Of a stretch of DNA of 64,000 bases, positions 33,086-43,879 are shown in pieces. The stretch lies in contig CACNIF010000003.1 of assembly GCA_902620465.1 (NCBI GenBank), forward strand, positions 49,767 through 113,766, read 5' to 3'. A program made the translations under genes and the position numbers. The notes under the pieces were generated by a model. That model was not told the DNA's origin. It saw only the letters and a program-made list of their open reading frames with translations, and did no database searches. Every line of letters begins with the position of its first letter. Within the stretch, counting starts at the first letter, position 1. Source of the stretch: an uncultured Pelagibacteraceae bacterium. Its GTDB lineage: Bacteria; Pseudomonadota; Alphaproteobacteria; Pelagibacterales; Pelagibacteraceae.

Positions 33086-33756
33086 ACCCTTTAAGACATG
33101 TAGCCATTATCATGGATGGTAATGGGAGATGGGGTTTGAAATATAGAAATTCTCGAAATGCAGGTCATAAAGCAGGTTTAGACACTGTTGAGAAGATTAT
33201 TAGAGAAACAATAAAAAATAAGATTAATTTTTTAACATTGTTTGCATTTTCTACCGAAAATTGGAAAAGACCTAAAAAGGAAATAGATTATTTATTCAAT
33301 TTATTGGAAAATTTTTTGATAAATAGGATAGAAGAACTTCACAATAAGAATATTAAACTTAAAATTCTAGGATCGAAAAAATTTTCATCAAAATTGAATA
33401 AACTTCTAGATTACTCTGAAAAAAAAACATCTAAGAATAATAAGTTGCAAATTAATCTTGCTTTGAATTATGGCTCAAAATTAGAGCTAATTAACGCATT
33501 TAAAAAAATTACAAAAAGTAAAAACAAGATAAATGAAAAAAACTTAGAAAAATACCTTCAAACAAAAAATATTCCTGATCCAGATATATTAATTAGAACA
33601 GGAAATACTAAAAGATTAAGTAATTTCTTGTTATGGCAACTAGCTTATACAGAAATTTTTTTTGAAAAAAAGTTATGGCCAGCGTTTACTGAAAAAGATT
33701 TTAGGAGAATAATAAAAGAATATAAACATATTAAACGTAATTTCGGTAGGATTTAA
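33082..33756 (+). CDS. uppS: Undecaprenyl/polyprenyl diphosphate synthase
   Basis: HVAIIMDGNGRW, FAFSTENWKRP, ALNYG, RLSNFLLWQ. Confidence 0.98.
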   Translation: MNPLRHVAIIMDGNGRWGLKYRNSRNAGHKAGLDTVEKIIRETIKNKINFLTLFAFSTENWKRPKKEIDYLFNLLENFLINRIEELHNKNIKLKILGSKKFSSKLNKLLDYSEKKTSKNNKLQINLALNYGSKLELINAFKKITKSKNKINEKNLEKYLQTKNIPDPDILIRTGNTKRLSNFLLWQLAYTEIFFEKKLWPAFTEKDFRRIIKEYKHIKRNFGRI

Positions 33757-34391
33757 TGATTAAAGAATTTGAAAAAAGATTATTGAGTTCAATAATATTG
33801 ATACCAATATCAATATTTTTTATAATTAAAGGTTCAGTATATTTCATACTCTTTTTAAGTATTTTGTTTTTAGCTACAAGCTATGAGTGGTTTAAAATGA
33901 ATAAAAAAAATGATTTATCAAAACTTTTAGGAATAATTTTTTTATTTCTCTCATTTTATACGACACATGAAATTCGAGAAAATTACAATATTAATATTTT
34001 TTTATTAATTATAACAATATGTATTTTTACTGATATTGGGGGTTATATATTTGGTAAAATATTTAAAGGACCTAAACTAACTAAGGTTAGTCCAAAAAAA
34101 ACTTATTCAGGTGTTTTTGGAAGTTTTTCATTATCTTTAATTGCAGGTTTAATCTTTAATAATTATTTTTTTATTGATCAAAAAATTTTTAATAAAGATT
34201 TATTCTTAATCATGCTAATTTTATTTATATCTACAATAAGTCAATTGGGAGATCTGATAATTTCTTATTTTAAAAGAAAAGCAAAAATTAAAGATACAGG
34301 TAAAATTATACCGGGTCATGGAGGACTGCTAGATAGAATCGATGGTATGATTTTCGTATTTCCAATTTTTTATTTAATTATAATTTTATGA
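33756..34391 (+). CDS. cdsA: Phosphatidate cytidylyltransferase
   Basis: SPKKT, GDLIISYFKRKAKIKDTG, PGHGGLLDRIDG. Confidence 0.97.
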   Translation: MIKEFEKRLLSSIILIPISIFFIIKGSVYFILFLSILFLATSYEWFKMNKKNDLSKLLGIIFLFLSFYTTHEIRENYNINIFLLIITICIFTDIGGYIFGKIFKGPKLTKVSPKKTYSGVFGSFSLSLIAGLIFNNYFFIDQKIFNKDLFLIMLILFISTISQLGDLIISYFKRKAKIKDTGKIIPGHGGLLDRIDGMIFVFPIFYLIIIL

Positions 34392-35548
34392 AAAAGAAAA
34401 TTGCAATCTTAGGTTCTACAGGTTCTATTGGCAAAACATTAATAGAAATAGTCAAAAAAGATAAAAAAAATTTTGAAATTATATTGTTATCAGCTGATGA
34501 AAATTATAAAGAATTACTAAAACAGGCAAAAACTTTTAAAGTTAAAAATTTAATTATAAAAAACAAAAATAGTTATAAAAAAATTAAAAATAGTAAATAT
34601 TCAAATAAGATAAAAATTTTTAATAATTTTGATTGTTACAAAGAAATCTTTAAAAATAAAATTGATTACGTTATGAGCTCAATCTCAGGTATAGAGGGCT
34701 TAAAACCTACGATTGAAATTATTAAATACACAAAAAACGTAGCAATAGCTAATAAAGAAGCAATAATTTGTGGATGGAATTTAATAGATAAAGAATTAAA
34801 AAAAAACAAAACTAATTTTATACCTGTAGACTCAGAACATTTTTCTATTTGGTATGCTTTAAAAGGAATTGATAAAAAAATAATTGACAAGATTTATTTG
34901 ACAGCTTCTGGAGGACCTTTTTTGAATTACCCTGAAAAAAAATTTGATAAAATTAAAATGAAACAAGCAGTTAATCATCCTAATTGGAGAATGGGAAAAA
35001 AAATTTCTATAGACTCAGCTACAATGATGAATAAAGTTTTTGAAATTATAGAGGCAAAAAAAATTTTTAATATTCCTTACAATAAATTATCTATAATTAT
35101 TCATCCAAAGTCGTATGTCCATGCAATATTAAAGTTTAAAAATGGATTAACAAAAATTATTGTGCATGACACAAGTATGAAAATACCTATTTTTAATTCA
35201 ATATATTCTTCAAATCGAATAATTGATTCAAAAAAATTAGATTTGGAGATTTTAAATAATTTAAATTTTCAAGATATAGATTTGAAGCGTTTCCCAATCG
35301 CAAAGATATTGAACAAGTTACCTGAAAAATCCTCTTTATTTGAAACAGTTTTAGTTTCAATAAACGATAAATTAGTGAAATTATTTTTAGTAAATAGAAT
35401 TAAATTTACTGATATTTTTAAAAAAATGAATAATATGCTCGAATTAAATGAATTTAAAAAATTTAAAAAATTAAGAGTTAAAAAAGTTAGCGATATAATG
35501 AACTTGAACAATAAAATCAAAGAAAAATTAAAAAAAACGGTTAAATAA
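34388..35548 (+). CDS. dxr: 1-deoxy-D-xylulose 5-phosphate reductoisomerase
   Basis: ILGSTGSIG, ANKE, PVDSEH, TASGGPF, HPNWRMG, DSATMMNK. Confidence 0.98.
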   Translation: MKKKIAILGSTGSIGKTLIEIVKKDKKNFEIILLSADENYKELLKQAKTFKVKNLIIKNKNSYKKIKNSKYSNKIKIFNNFDCYKEIFKNKIDYVMSSISGIEGLKPTIEIIKYTKNVAIANKEAIICGWNLIDKELKKNKTNFIPVDSEHFSIWYALKGIDKKIIDKIYLTASGGPFLNYPEKKFDKIKMKQAVNHPNWRMGKKISIDSATMMNKVFEIIEAKKIFNIPYNKLSIIIHPKSYVHAILKFKNGLTKIIVHDTSMKIPIFNSIYSSNRIIDSKKLDLEILNNLNFQDIDLKRFPIAKILNKLPEKSSLFETVLVSINDKLVKLFLVNRIKFTDIFKKMNNMLELNEFKKFKKLRVKKVSDIMNLNNKIKEKLKKTVK

Positions 35549-35552
35549 CAAA

Positions 35553-37796
35553 ATGACATATTTTAAAAAAAAAATATTTTATTTAATAATTATTTTTTTT
35601 TCGTTTTCATCTATATCTTTTTCTGAAATTGTAAATGAAATAAAAGTAAAAGGAAATGAAAGGGTCTCTGATGAAAGCATAGAAATGTTTTCAAATATCA
35701 ATATTGGTGACAATGTTGATCAAGAGAAATTAAATCAGATTCTCAAAAATGTTTATGATTCAAATTTTTTCGATGATGTAAAAGTTGATTTGAAAGATAA
35801 TATTTTAACGATTTTTGTAGAGGAAAGTTCCTTTGTTGAAAATGTTATCATTAAAGGACCAAAATCAAAAACTTTAATTAGCGATTTAGAAAAAATTTTA
35901 AAAGTTAAGTCAAGAACGTCTTACAATGAAATTTTATTTTTAGCAGATAAAAAAAATATAACAGAAGCTTTAAAACAAAAAGGATATTTTTTCTCTAAAG
36001 TTGATATAATGGTAGAAGATTTATCTGAGAATAGGATAAATTTGATTTACAACGTTGAGATTGGAGATAAAGCAAAAATTAAAAAAATTTCTTTTATAGG
36101 AGATAAGATTTTTAAAGATAGAAAACTCCGATCAGTTATAGTTAGTGAAGAGTACAAATTTTGGAAATTTATATCTGGTAAGAAATTTTTGAACCAAAAT
36201 CTCATAAATTTAGATGAAAGACTTTTAAAAAATTTTTATCTTAATAGAGGGTTTTATAACGTAAAGATCAATTCTTCCTTTGCAAAGATGATGAGTGATA
36301 CCGAGTTTGAATTGATTTATAACATTGTTCCTAATAACAGATTTTTTTTTAATAAAATTTCATTAGATTTACCTATTGGTTTTGATCAAACAAATTTTAA
36401 AGATCTAAACCAATTATTTAAAAAACTAAATGGAGAGAAATATTCTTTATTTGTTATTGAAAAAATCCTAAAAGAAATTGACAAAATTATTCTTGATGAG
36501 GAATACAAAACTCTAGAGACCGAGGTTGATGAAAATATTTTTGACAATAAAATTGATTTAAATTTTTCTATAAAAGAGGGAAAAAAATTTATTGTAGAGC
36601 GGATCAATATTTATGGAAATAATATTACACAGGAAAATGTGATTAGAAACCAATTATTGATTGATGAAGGAGATGAATTTAACTCAATATTGGCGTCAAA
36701 ATCTATTAATAACATACAAGCTCTTAATATATTTAAGTCTGTAGATAGTAAAATAATTGACAATAAAAGTAATGGAAAAATAATTGATATTACTATTGAA
36801 GAAAAAGCTACTGGAGAGATAATGGCAGGAGCGGGTTTTGGTACTGATGGCAGCACATTAAGTTTTGCATTAAAAGAAAACAATTATCTTGGTCGAGGTA
36901 TTAAGTTAGTAAGTGAGTTGACTGTTTCTGAGGAAACAATTAAAGGTCAATTTAATGTTAATAACCCTAATTTTCGAAATTCTGATAAATCAATTAATCT
37001 CAATATTCAGTCTTTAGAAACCGATAGATTAACTGACTCTGGATATAAAACAAATAAAACTGGTTTTGGATTTGGTACTAATTTTGAATATCAGGATGAT
37101 GTTTTTATTGGATTAGGCCAAGATTCTTATTATGAGAAAATTGAAACAAATAGCTCTGCATCAACTAGACAAAAGTCTCAGGAAGGAAATTATTGGGACA
37201 CTTTTATAAATCTTGACTTAAATTACGATAAACGAAATCAAAAATTTAGAACAACAAGTGGTTTCAGAAGTTTCTATGCGGTCAATTTACCAATTATAAG
37301 TGAAAATAATTCTTTAACCAATGCATATGTTTTTACTCTTTATGATGAATTATATGAAGACAACGTTACAAAATTCTCTTTTTTTGCAAAAGCTGCTAAC
37401 TCACTAACGAATGACAATATTAAATTATCAGAAAGAATATTTTTACCAGGTAGTAAGTTAAGAGGATTTGTGAGTGGTGGGGTAGGTCCAAAAGATGGAA
37501 ATGATTTTATCGGAGGGAACTATGCATCATCAGTAAATATTCAAACTTCAATACCACAACTTTTACCTAATATACAGAATATGGATGTCTCAATGTTTTT
37601 GGATGCAGGTAATGTTTGGGGTGTTGACTATGACTCAAGTCTTGATGACACGAATAAAATTAGATCCTCCATAGGTATTGGAATAGACTGGTTTACTTTG
37701 ATTGGACCTTTAAGTGCATCATTCACTCATCCAATCACTAAAGTCAATACTGATAAAACTGAGACATTTAAATTCAATTTAGGAACAACATTTTGA
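35553..37796 (+). CDS. bamA: Outer membrane protein assembly factor BamA
   Basis: Signal peptide, POTRA repeats, LRGF loop motif, C-terminal FKFNLGTTF beta signal. Confidence 0.97.
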   Translation: MTYFKKKIFYLIIIFFSFSSISFSEIVNEIKVKGNERVSDESIEMFSNINIGDNVDQEKLNQILKNVYDSNFFDDVKVDLKDNILTIFVEESSFVENVIIKGPKSKTLISDLEKILKVKSRTSYNEILFLADKKNITEALKQKGYFFSKVDIMVEDLSENRINLIYNVEIGDKAKIKKISFIGDKIFKDRKLRSVIVSEEYKFWKFISGKKFLNQNLINLDERLLKNFYLNRGFYNVKINSSFAKMMSDTEFELIYNIVPNNRFFFNKISLDLPIGFDQTNFKDLNQLFKKLNGEKYSLFVIEKILKEIDKIILDEEYKTLETEVDENIFDNKIDLNFSIKEGKKFIVERINIYGNNITQENVIRNQLLIDEGDEFNSILASKSINNIQALNIFKSVDSKIIDNKSNGKIIDITIEEKATGEIMAGAGFGTDGSTLSFALKENNYLGRGIKLVSELTVSEETIKGQFNVNNPNFRNSDKSINLNIQSLETDRLTDSGYKTNKTGFGFGTNFEYQDDVFIGLGQDSYYEKIETNSSASTRQKSQEGNYWDTFINLDLNYDKRNQKFRTTSGFRSFYAVNLPIISENNSLTNAYVFTLYDELYEDNVTKFSFFAKAANSLTNDNIKLSERIFLPGSKLRGFVSGGVGPKDGNDFIGGNYASSVNIQTSIPQLLPNIQNMDVSMFLDAGNVWGVDYDSSLDDTNKIRSSIGIGIDWFTLIGPLSASFTHPITKVNTDKTETFKFNLGTTF

Positions 37797-38305
37797 TATT
37801 TAAAAAAAATTTTTTTTTAATAATTATTTTTTTTATTTTTGGGGCAACAAAACTTTGGTCTTCTGAAAAAATTGCATTTCTTGATGTTGAATTTATAATC
37901 AATAAATCTGAACCAGCATTGATAATAATTAAAAAAATTGAAAAAATCCGTGATCAAGAAACTAAAAAGCTTAGAGAAATAGAAAATAATTTAAATAAAA
38001 AAAATGAAGAATTAATTAAAATAAAAAACCTAATTTCAGATGAAGAGTTAAAAAAAAAAATAACGTCCTTAAGAGTTGAGGCTAAATCATTTGATGAGCT
38101 AAGAAAAAAAACTATCAAAGAATTGAATATTAAAAAAAATAAAGAACTTAATGAATTTTTAAAGCTTATAAATCCAATAATACAAGAATATATGAGAGAA
38201 AAATCGATTGATATAATAATAGACAAAAAAAACATATTCATGGCAAAATCTAAAAATGATATAACTGAAGATATTTTAAAGATTGTTAATACTAAGATTA
38301 AATAA
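37793..38305 (+). CDS. skp: OmpH/Skp periplasmic chaperone
   Basis: Signal peptide, KIAFLD, coiled coil, DITEDILK; follows bamA; TTG start overlaps bamA stop. Confidence 0.88.
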   Translation: MIFKKNFFLIIIFFIFGATKLWSSEKIAFLDVEFIINKSEPALIIIKKIEKIRDQETKKLREIENNLNKKNEELIKIKNLISDEELKKKITSLRVEAKSFDELRKKTIKELNIKKNKELNEFLKLINPIIQEYMREKSIDIIIDKKNIFMAKSKNDITEDILKIVNTKIK

Positions 38306-38752
38306 ATGGAAAAATTAAATCGAAAACAAATAGAGGAATTATTACCTCACAGGGAACCTATGTTATTAATAGATGAATTATATGATATAAAAAAATTAAC
38401 ATCAGCGACAGCAGTTTTGAATGTAAAAAAAAATAGTTTCTTTGTAAATGGTCATTTTCCAGGTCAACCTGTTATGCCAGGTGTTTTAATTGTAGAGTCT
38501 TTTGGTCAGGCTGCTGCTGCTCTAACTGCTCATGGTTTGGATAAAGCAACATATGAAAATAAATTAGTTTTTTTAATGAGTGTAGAAAAAGCACGTTTTA
38601 GAAATCCAGTAATACCTGACTGTAAGCTCAAATTAAAGATAGAGGCAATAAGGTCACATGGACGAGTGTGGAAATATAAGGGTGATGCATTTGTAAATAA
38701 TACTAAAGTTGCTGACGCTGTATGGTCAGCTACTATTGTTGACAGGAAATAA
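38306..38752 (+). CDS. fabZ: 3-hydroxyacyl-ACP dehydratase
   Basis: LPHREPMLLID, GHFPGQPVMPGVLIVE. Confidence 0.97.
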   Translation: MEKLNRKQIEELLPHREPMLLIDELYDIKKLTSATAVLNVKKNSFFVNGHFPGQPVMPGVLIVESFGQAAAALTAHGLDKATYENKLVFLMSVEKARFRNPVIPDCKLKLKIEAIRSHGRVWKYKGDAFVNNTKVADAVWSATIVDRK

Positions 38753-38803
38753 TCAGCAATATTTCTTTACTACAAAAGTAACTTTGCTTTGATAAAAACA
38801 ATC

Positions 38804-39778
38804 ATGTCTAACCCTTTCTTTTTAAATAAAGGCCCAATCAGTCTTGATAAAGTTTATGAACTTTTAAAAATTAATGACCAAAAAAAAAAAAAATTCAATT
38901 TCTATGATATAAGAGATTTATATAGTGCTGATAAAACATCTATAACTTTCTTTCATTCAAAGAAATATAAGGAAGTAGCAAAATCAACTAAAGCATCATT
39001 TTGTTTAACTTCAGAATTATTGAAGGATTTTTTGCCAAAAACTTGTGAACCTATCGTTGTGAATAATGTTCTTACCGCAGTTGCTAAAATTACTGAAAAA
39101 TTCTACCCAAATTCAGTAGAGGATAAATTTGATAATAAAGTTTTGAATATAGAAAACAGAGATTATATGAATGTAATTCATGGTAGAAATGTTTTGATAG
39201 GTGAAAATGTCAAAATTGGAACTAATTGTTGGATTGGTCATAATACAATTATAGAAAAAAATGTCGAAATTGGTGAGAATTGTAACATTGGCTCGAATAC
39301 AATTATAAGAAATTCAATAATTAAAGATAATGTAAATATTTTAGATAATTGTACAATTGGAAAAAAAGGCTTTGGATTTTTTCCAAATAAAAAAAAAAAT
39401 CTTAGATATCCTCATATTGGAATTGTAATAATTAATGATGGCTGTGAAATTGGTTGTGGCGCAACAATTGATCGTGGTTCAATGTCTAACACTGAAATTG
39501 GAAAAAATACATTTTTAGATAATCAAATACATATAGCTCACAATGTAAAAATTGGAGAAAATACAATTATTGCTGGCCAAGTGGGTATAGCCGGAAGTTC
39601 AACAATTGGTGATAACGTTAGAATTGGAGGACAGACTGGTATATCTGGTCATTTAAAAATTGGTAATAATGTTGATATAGCTGGAGGTAGTGGAGTTATA
39701 AAAGATATACCAGATAATTCTAGGATAATGGGATACCCAGCAAAAAATTTAAGAGAGTTTTTAAGAGAAAATAAATGA
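38804..39778 (+). CDS. lpxD: UDP-3-O-acylglucosamine N-acyltransferase
   Basis: Hexapeptide repeats, [27 protein letters not shown]; ATG at 38804 preferred over TTG at 38789. Confidence 0.96.
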   Translation: MSNPFFLNKGPISLDKVYELLKINDQKKKKFNFYDIRDLYSADKTSITFFHSKKYKEVAKSTKASFCLTSELLKDFLPKTCEPIVVNNVLTAVAKITEKFYPNSVEDKFDNKVLNIENRDYMNVIHGRNVLIGENVKIGTNCWIGHNTIIEKNVEIGENCNIGSNTIIRNSIIKDNVNILDNCTIGKKGFGFFPNKKKNLRYPHIGIVIINDGCEIGCGATIDRGSMSNTEIGKNTFLDNQIHIAHNVKIGENTIIAGQVGIAGSSTIGDNVRIGGQTGISGHLKIGNNVDIAGGSGVIKDIPDNSRIMGYPAKNLREFLRENK

Positions 39779-40560
39779 TGATTCATGAAACTGCAACGAT
39801 AGATCCAAAAGCAAAAATTTCTAAAAAAGTTCAAATCGGTCCTTATTGTGTAATAGGACCAAATGTTGAAATAGATGAGGAGGTAATTTTACAGTCTCAT
39901 GTTCATATTTTAGGTAGAACAAAAATTGGTAAAAAAAATAAGATTTATTCATTTGCTTCAATTGGAAATGAACCTCAAGATTTAAAATATAATGGTGAAG
40001 ATACAAGACTTGAAATTGGTGATGCAAATAAAATTAGAGAATATGTAACAATTAATACTGGTACAACAGGAGGAGGCGGTTTAACAAAGGTTGGAAATAA
40101 TTGTTTATTTATGGTTTCATCGCATGTGGCACATGATTGTATTGTTGAGGATAATGTTATTTTAGCCAACAACGTGCCTCTCGGTGGACATGCGCACATT
40201 GAACAAAATGTAATTATTGGAGGAAATTCAGCTGTGCAACAATTTACTAGGGTAGGTAAATTTGCAATGATAGGTGGCATGTGTGGTGTCGTAAGAGATG
40301 TTATTCCTTATGCAATGGTTCATGGCAACAGAAGTATTCTTCAAGGACTAAACTTAATCGGATTAAGAAGACAAAAAATACCAAATAACGAGATTATTAC
40401 ATTAATTGAAGCTTACAAAGAGATATTCAAAAGCGAAAATTTAACTGAGAATTTAAAAAATTTAAAATCTGAACTCAAAAAAAATAATCTAGTAAAAGAT
40501 ATTGTTGAATTTTTAGAGAAAGATAAAAAAAGACCAATATGTACACCTTTTTCAAAATAA
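39775..40560 (+). CDS. lpxA: UDP-N-acetylglucosamine O-acyltransferase
   Basis: [36 protein letters not shown]. Confidence 0.98.
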   Translation: MMIHETATIDPKAKISKKVQIGPYCVIGPNVEIDEEVILQSHVHILGRTKIGKKNKIYSFASIGNEPQDLKYNGEDTRLEIGDANKIREYVTINTGTTGGGGLTKVGNNCLFMVSSHVAHDCIVEDNVILANNVPLGGHAHIEQNVIIGGNSAVQQFTRVGKFAMIGGMCGVVRDVIPYAMVHGNRSILQGLNLIGLRRQKIPNNEIITLIEAYKEIFKSENLTENLKNLKSELKKNNLVKDIVEFLEKDKKRPICTPFSK

Positions 40561-40561
40561 A

Positions 40562-41347
40562 ATGTTTGGTTTATTTCTAGGCGATACTGATTTTTCATTA
40601 ATTGTTCTTAAAAAGGTAAAAAAGTTAAATAAAAATTATTTTATAATTGATTTTTCAAAAAATAATAAATTCGCAAAAGAAAAAAATTCTCACAGAATAA
40701 GTATTGGTAAATTTGGAAAAATTATAAATCTGATAAAAGAAAAAAAATCGAATAAGGTTCTTTTTGCAGGAAAAATTGCAAAACCTAAATTTTCGTCTCT
40801 AAGATTAGATGTGAAAGGTATATATTATATGCCGAGTGTTATCAAAGCTGCTAAATTAGGTGATGCAGCTATTATAAAAGCTATAATTAAAATTCTTAAT
40901 AATGAAAAAATTAAAGTCATAAGTTCAACTCATTTCAATCCTGAATTAAATGTTAAAAAAGGGATTTTTACGAAGTTAAAACCATCAATTAATGATAACA
41001 GATCGATTAATCAAGGAATAAGATTTTTAAACAAGTCAAATTCTTTAGATCATGTTCAAGCATTAGTAGTAAAAGATAATAAAGTAATTGCTAAGGAAGG
41101 CAGACAAGGTACAAAAAAAATGTTGACGAAGTTAAAAAAAAACTCAGGTGGCATTTTGATTAAATTTCCGAAAAAAAGACAGGATTTAAGGATGGACTTG
41201 CCAACGATAGGGCTTCAAACGCTTAAAGACTGCAAAAAATATGGATTAAAAGGTATAGTTATGAAATCTAAAAAAAATATTTTTTTAGATAAAATTCAAT
41301 GCATTAAATTTGCTAATAAAAGTAAAATTTTTATTTCAGTAAGATGA
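40562..41347 (+). CDS. lpxI: UDP-2,3-diacylglucosamine diphosphatase LpxI (DUF1009)
   Basis: QDLRMDLPTIG motif; position between lpxA and lpxB. Confidence 0.9.
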   Translation: MFGLFLGDTDFSLIVLKKVKKLNKNYFIIDFSKNNKFAKEKNSHRISIGKFGKIINLIKEKKSNKVLFAGKIAKPKFSSLRLDVKGIYYMPSVIKAAKLGDAAIIKAIIKILNNEKIKVISSTHFNPELNVKKGIFTKLKPSINDNRSINQGIRFLNKSNSLDHVQALVVKDNKVIAKEGRQGTKKMLTKLKKNSGGILIKFPKKRQDLRMDLPTIGLQTLKDCKKYGLKGIVMKSKKNIFLDKIQCIKFANKSKIFISVR

Positions 41348-42480
41348 AAAAAATATTCGTACTAACGGGTGAACCATCTGGTGATAAACTTGCATCAACT
41401 GCTATTTCCAAAATTCAAAAAGATAATAATGATATTGAATATTTATCAGTAGGTGGTGTAAATTTAGAGAGAATTGGTATTAAATCTATTTTCGAATTGA
41501 AAGAAATTACTTATCTTGGTTTTACGAGTGTTTTATTAAATATCTTCAAAATTAAAAAAAGGATTAATCAGACAGTAGATGAAATTTTGAAATTTGAACC
41601 TGACATCTTATTTAGTGTTGACAGCCCTGATTTTACACTAAGAGTTGCTGAAATTGTAAAAAAAAGAAATCCTAAAATAAAAACAATTCATTACGTGGCA
41701 CCGCAAGTATGGATTTGGAGAAAAAATAGAGTAAAAAAAATAAAAAAATTTATTGATCATATACTTTTGTTATTTAATTTTGAGAAAAAATATTTTGACG
41801 ATGAAAATATAAAAAACACTTTTGTTGGTCACCCATTAATCGAAAATACAGGTCTAAATAAAACTGATATAAACAACCTTGTTTCTAAAGATAAAAAAAT
41901 AATATCAATTTTTGCAGGTAGTAGAAATTCAGAAACAAATGTTCTTTTACCAATATTAATTCAATTTATTATTATGATGAACAAAAAAGATCCTAATTAT
42001 AATTTTGTATTTCATGCAACAGATGAAAATAAAGAACAAATAATTGATTACATTAAAGTTAAAAACATAGAAAATATTGATGTGGTTTCAGATGAAAACA
42101 TGAAAAGAGAGATATTATCTAATTCTATTTTTGCTGTATGTAAGTCTGGAACCGTATCTTTACAAGTCTGTAATGCGAATGTTCCTTCAATAATCATTTA
42201 TAAGTTAAACTTTATAAATTTTATGATTTTTAAATTTTTGGTTAATGTAAAATTTGCTAACATTATAAATATTATCAACAATAGAGAGGTTATCCCTGAA
42301 TTGCTTCAAAATGAATGCAATGCTAAAGAAATTTATAATTCAGTTATCTATATGCTTAAAAATTCAAACATTAGAAAAAAACAATTAGAGGATTGTAAAC
42401 AAACTTTAAAAGGTATTAGATCTAAAACTTCATCTTCGAGTGAGGTAGCGTCAATTTTAAGAAATAGTCTTGTTAGTTAA
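41344..42480 (+). CDS. lpxB: Lipid A disaccharide synthase
   Basis: GEPSGD, VDSPDF, YVAPQVWIWR, VGHPL, GSR, SGT, PELLQ. Confidence 0.98.
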   Translation: MKKIFVLTGEPSGDKLASTAISKIQKDNNDIEYLSVGGVNLERIGIKSIFELKEITYLGFTSVLLNIFKIKKRINQTVDEILKFEPDILFSVDSPDFTLRVAEIVKKRNPKIKTIHYVAPQVWIWRKNRVKKIKKFIDHILLLFNFEKKYFDDENIKNTFVGHPLIENTGLNKTDINNLVSKDKKIISIFAGSRNSETNVLLPILIQFIIMMNKKDPNYNFVFHATDENKEQIIDYIKVKNIENIDVVSDENMKREILSNSIFAVCKSGTVSLQVCNANVPSIIIYKLNFINFMIFKFLVNVKFANIINIINNREVIPELLQNECNAKEIYNSVIYMLKNSNIRKKQLEDCKQTLKGIRSKTSSSSEVASILRNSLVS

Positions 42481-43857
42481 TCTTTTTTCGACTTCGTCCT
42501 TGCCTAACGATATAATTATATCATAAATACCAGGTCCAAACTTTGAACCTGTCAAAGCTATTCTTAAAGGTTGACCAACTCCTTTAAAATTAGTGTTATT
42601 GGATTTTATTAGATCTTGAATTACTGGTTCTAAATCTTCTCTTCTGAATTCCTTTATTTTATTAATTCTTTCATTAAATTCGGATATTATCTTTTTAGCT
42701 TTATCATCAATTAATTTAAGGTCTTCTTTATTAAAATTAACATCGTCATTTAGAATATATTGGCTATTGTTGAATATATCCTCAAGTGTTTTAGCTTTAT
42801 TTTTAAGAAATGATAAAGACTTTTTAATCTTATCATTTTTCTCTGTTTTAATTTTACTTTTAAAGATCTCACAGTAATTTACGAATTGATTAAAAAGATC
42901 ATTTTCATCAATATTTTTAATATAATGTTCATTCATAGATAGAATTCTACTCATATCTAATTTTGATGGAGATTTTCCGATACCTTTTAAATTAAAATAC
43001 TTAATACTTTCGTCTAATGTAAAAATTTCCTTATCTTCAAAAGACCATCCCAACCTAAGTAAGTAATTTCTTAAAGCATCAGGTATTATACCAATTTTAG
43101 AATAGTCTTCTAAAGTTGACGCTTTATCTCGTTTTGATAGTTTTTTTCCCTCTATCGTGTGAATTAATGGTATATGAGCAAATGATGGTAAGTCCCAACC
43201 CATTGCATCATAAATTTGAATTTGTTTAAATGTGTTTATCTTGTGATCATCCCCTCTAATTATATGGGTCATATTCATTTGATGATCGTCAACAGATGCA
43301 GACAAGTTATAAGTTGGTGTCCCATCATTTCGTAAAATTACGAAATCCTCGATTGTATTATTTTCAATTTCTACATCACCTTGCACCAAGTCTTTTAACA
43401 CAGATTTTCCTGTAACTTTGCTTTTAAATCTAATTACTGGTTTTATATTATTTGGTGCTTCACTCTCATTCTTATCTCTCCATTTTCTATCATAGACATA
43501 TGGAATTTTTTTTTGTTTTGCCCTCTTTTTTTGTTCTTCTATTTCTTCATTTGAGCAGTAACACTTGTATGCATTTCCTTTCTTTAATAGTTCATTAGCA
43601 ACTTTTATATGAGCTTCAATTTTTTGAGATTGTATATATTCTTGTCCATCATGATTAATACCAATCCATCGGAGAGACTTTATTATTTGTTTCTTGTATT
43701 CCTCTTTTGATCTCTCCTTATCCGTATCTTCAATTCTTAGGTAAAAATTACCTTTTTGATTTTTTGAATAGAGCCAATTAAATAAAGCCGTTCTTACACC
43801 ACCAATATGTAAAGGTCCAGTAGGCGATGGAGCAAATCTAGTTGCTACTTTTTTCAT
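42457..43857 (-). CDS. gltX: Glutamate--tRNA ligase
   Basis: RFAPSPTG, HIGG, RIEDTD, IRGDDH, KLSKR. Confidence 0.99.
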   Translation of the reverse strand: MKKVATRFAPSPTGPLHIGGVRTALFNWLYSKNQKGNFYLRIEDTDKERSKEEYKKQIIKSLRWIGINHDGQEYIQSQKIEAHIKVANELLKKGNAYKCYCSNEEIEEQKKRAKQKKIPYVYDRKWRDKNESEAPNNIKPVIRFKSKVTGKSVLKDLVQGDVEIENNTIEDFVILRNDGTPTYNLSASVDDHQMNMTHIIRGDDHKINTFKQIQIYDAMGWDLPSFAHIPLIHTIEGKKLSKRDKASTLEDYSKIGIIPDALRNYLLRLGWSFEDKEIFTLDESIKYFNLKGIGKSPSKLDMSRILSMNEHYIKNIDENDLFNQFVNYCEIFKSKIKTEKNDKIKKSLSFLKNKAKTLEDIFNNSQYILNDDVNFNKEDLKLIDDKAKKIISEFNERINKIKEFRREDLEPVIQDLIKSNNTNFKGVGQPLRIALTGSKFGPGIYDIIISLGKDEVEKRLTNKTIS

Positions 43858-43879
43858 TAAAATGGTTTAGACTATTTTT

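Noticed and set aside
39180-40280. Repetitive xxIGxx pattern in lpxD and lpxA
   Set aside because: These are the normal hexapeptide repeats of left-handed beta-helix acyltransferases, not a DNA repeat array
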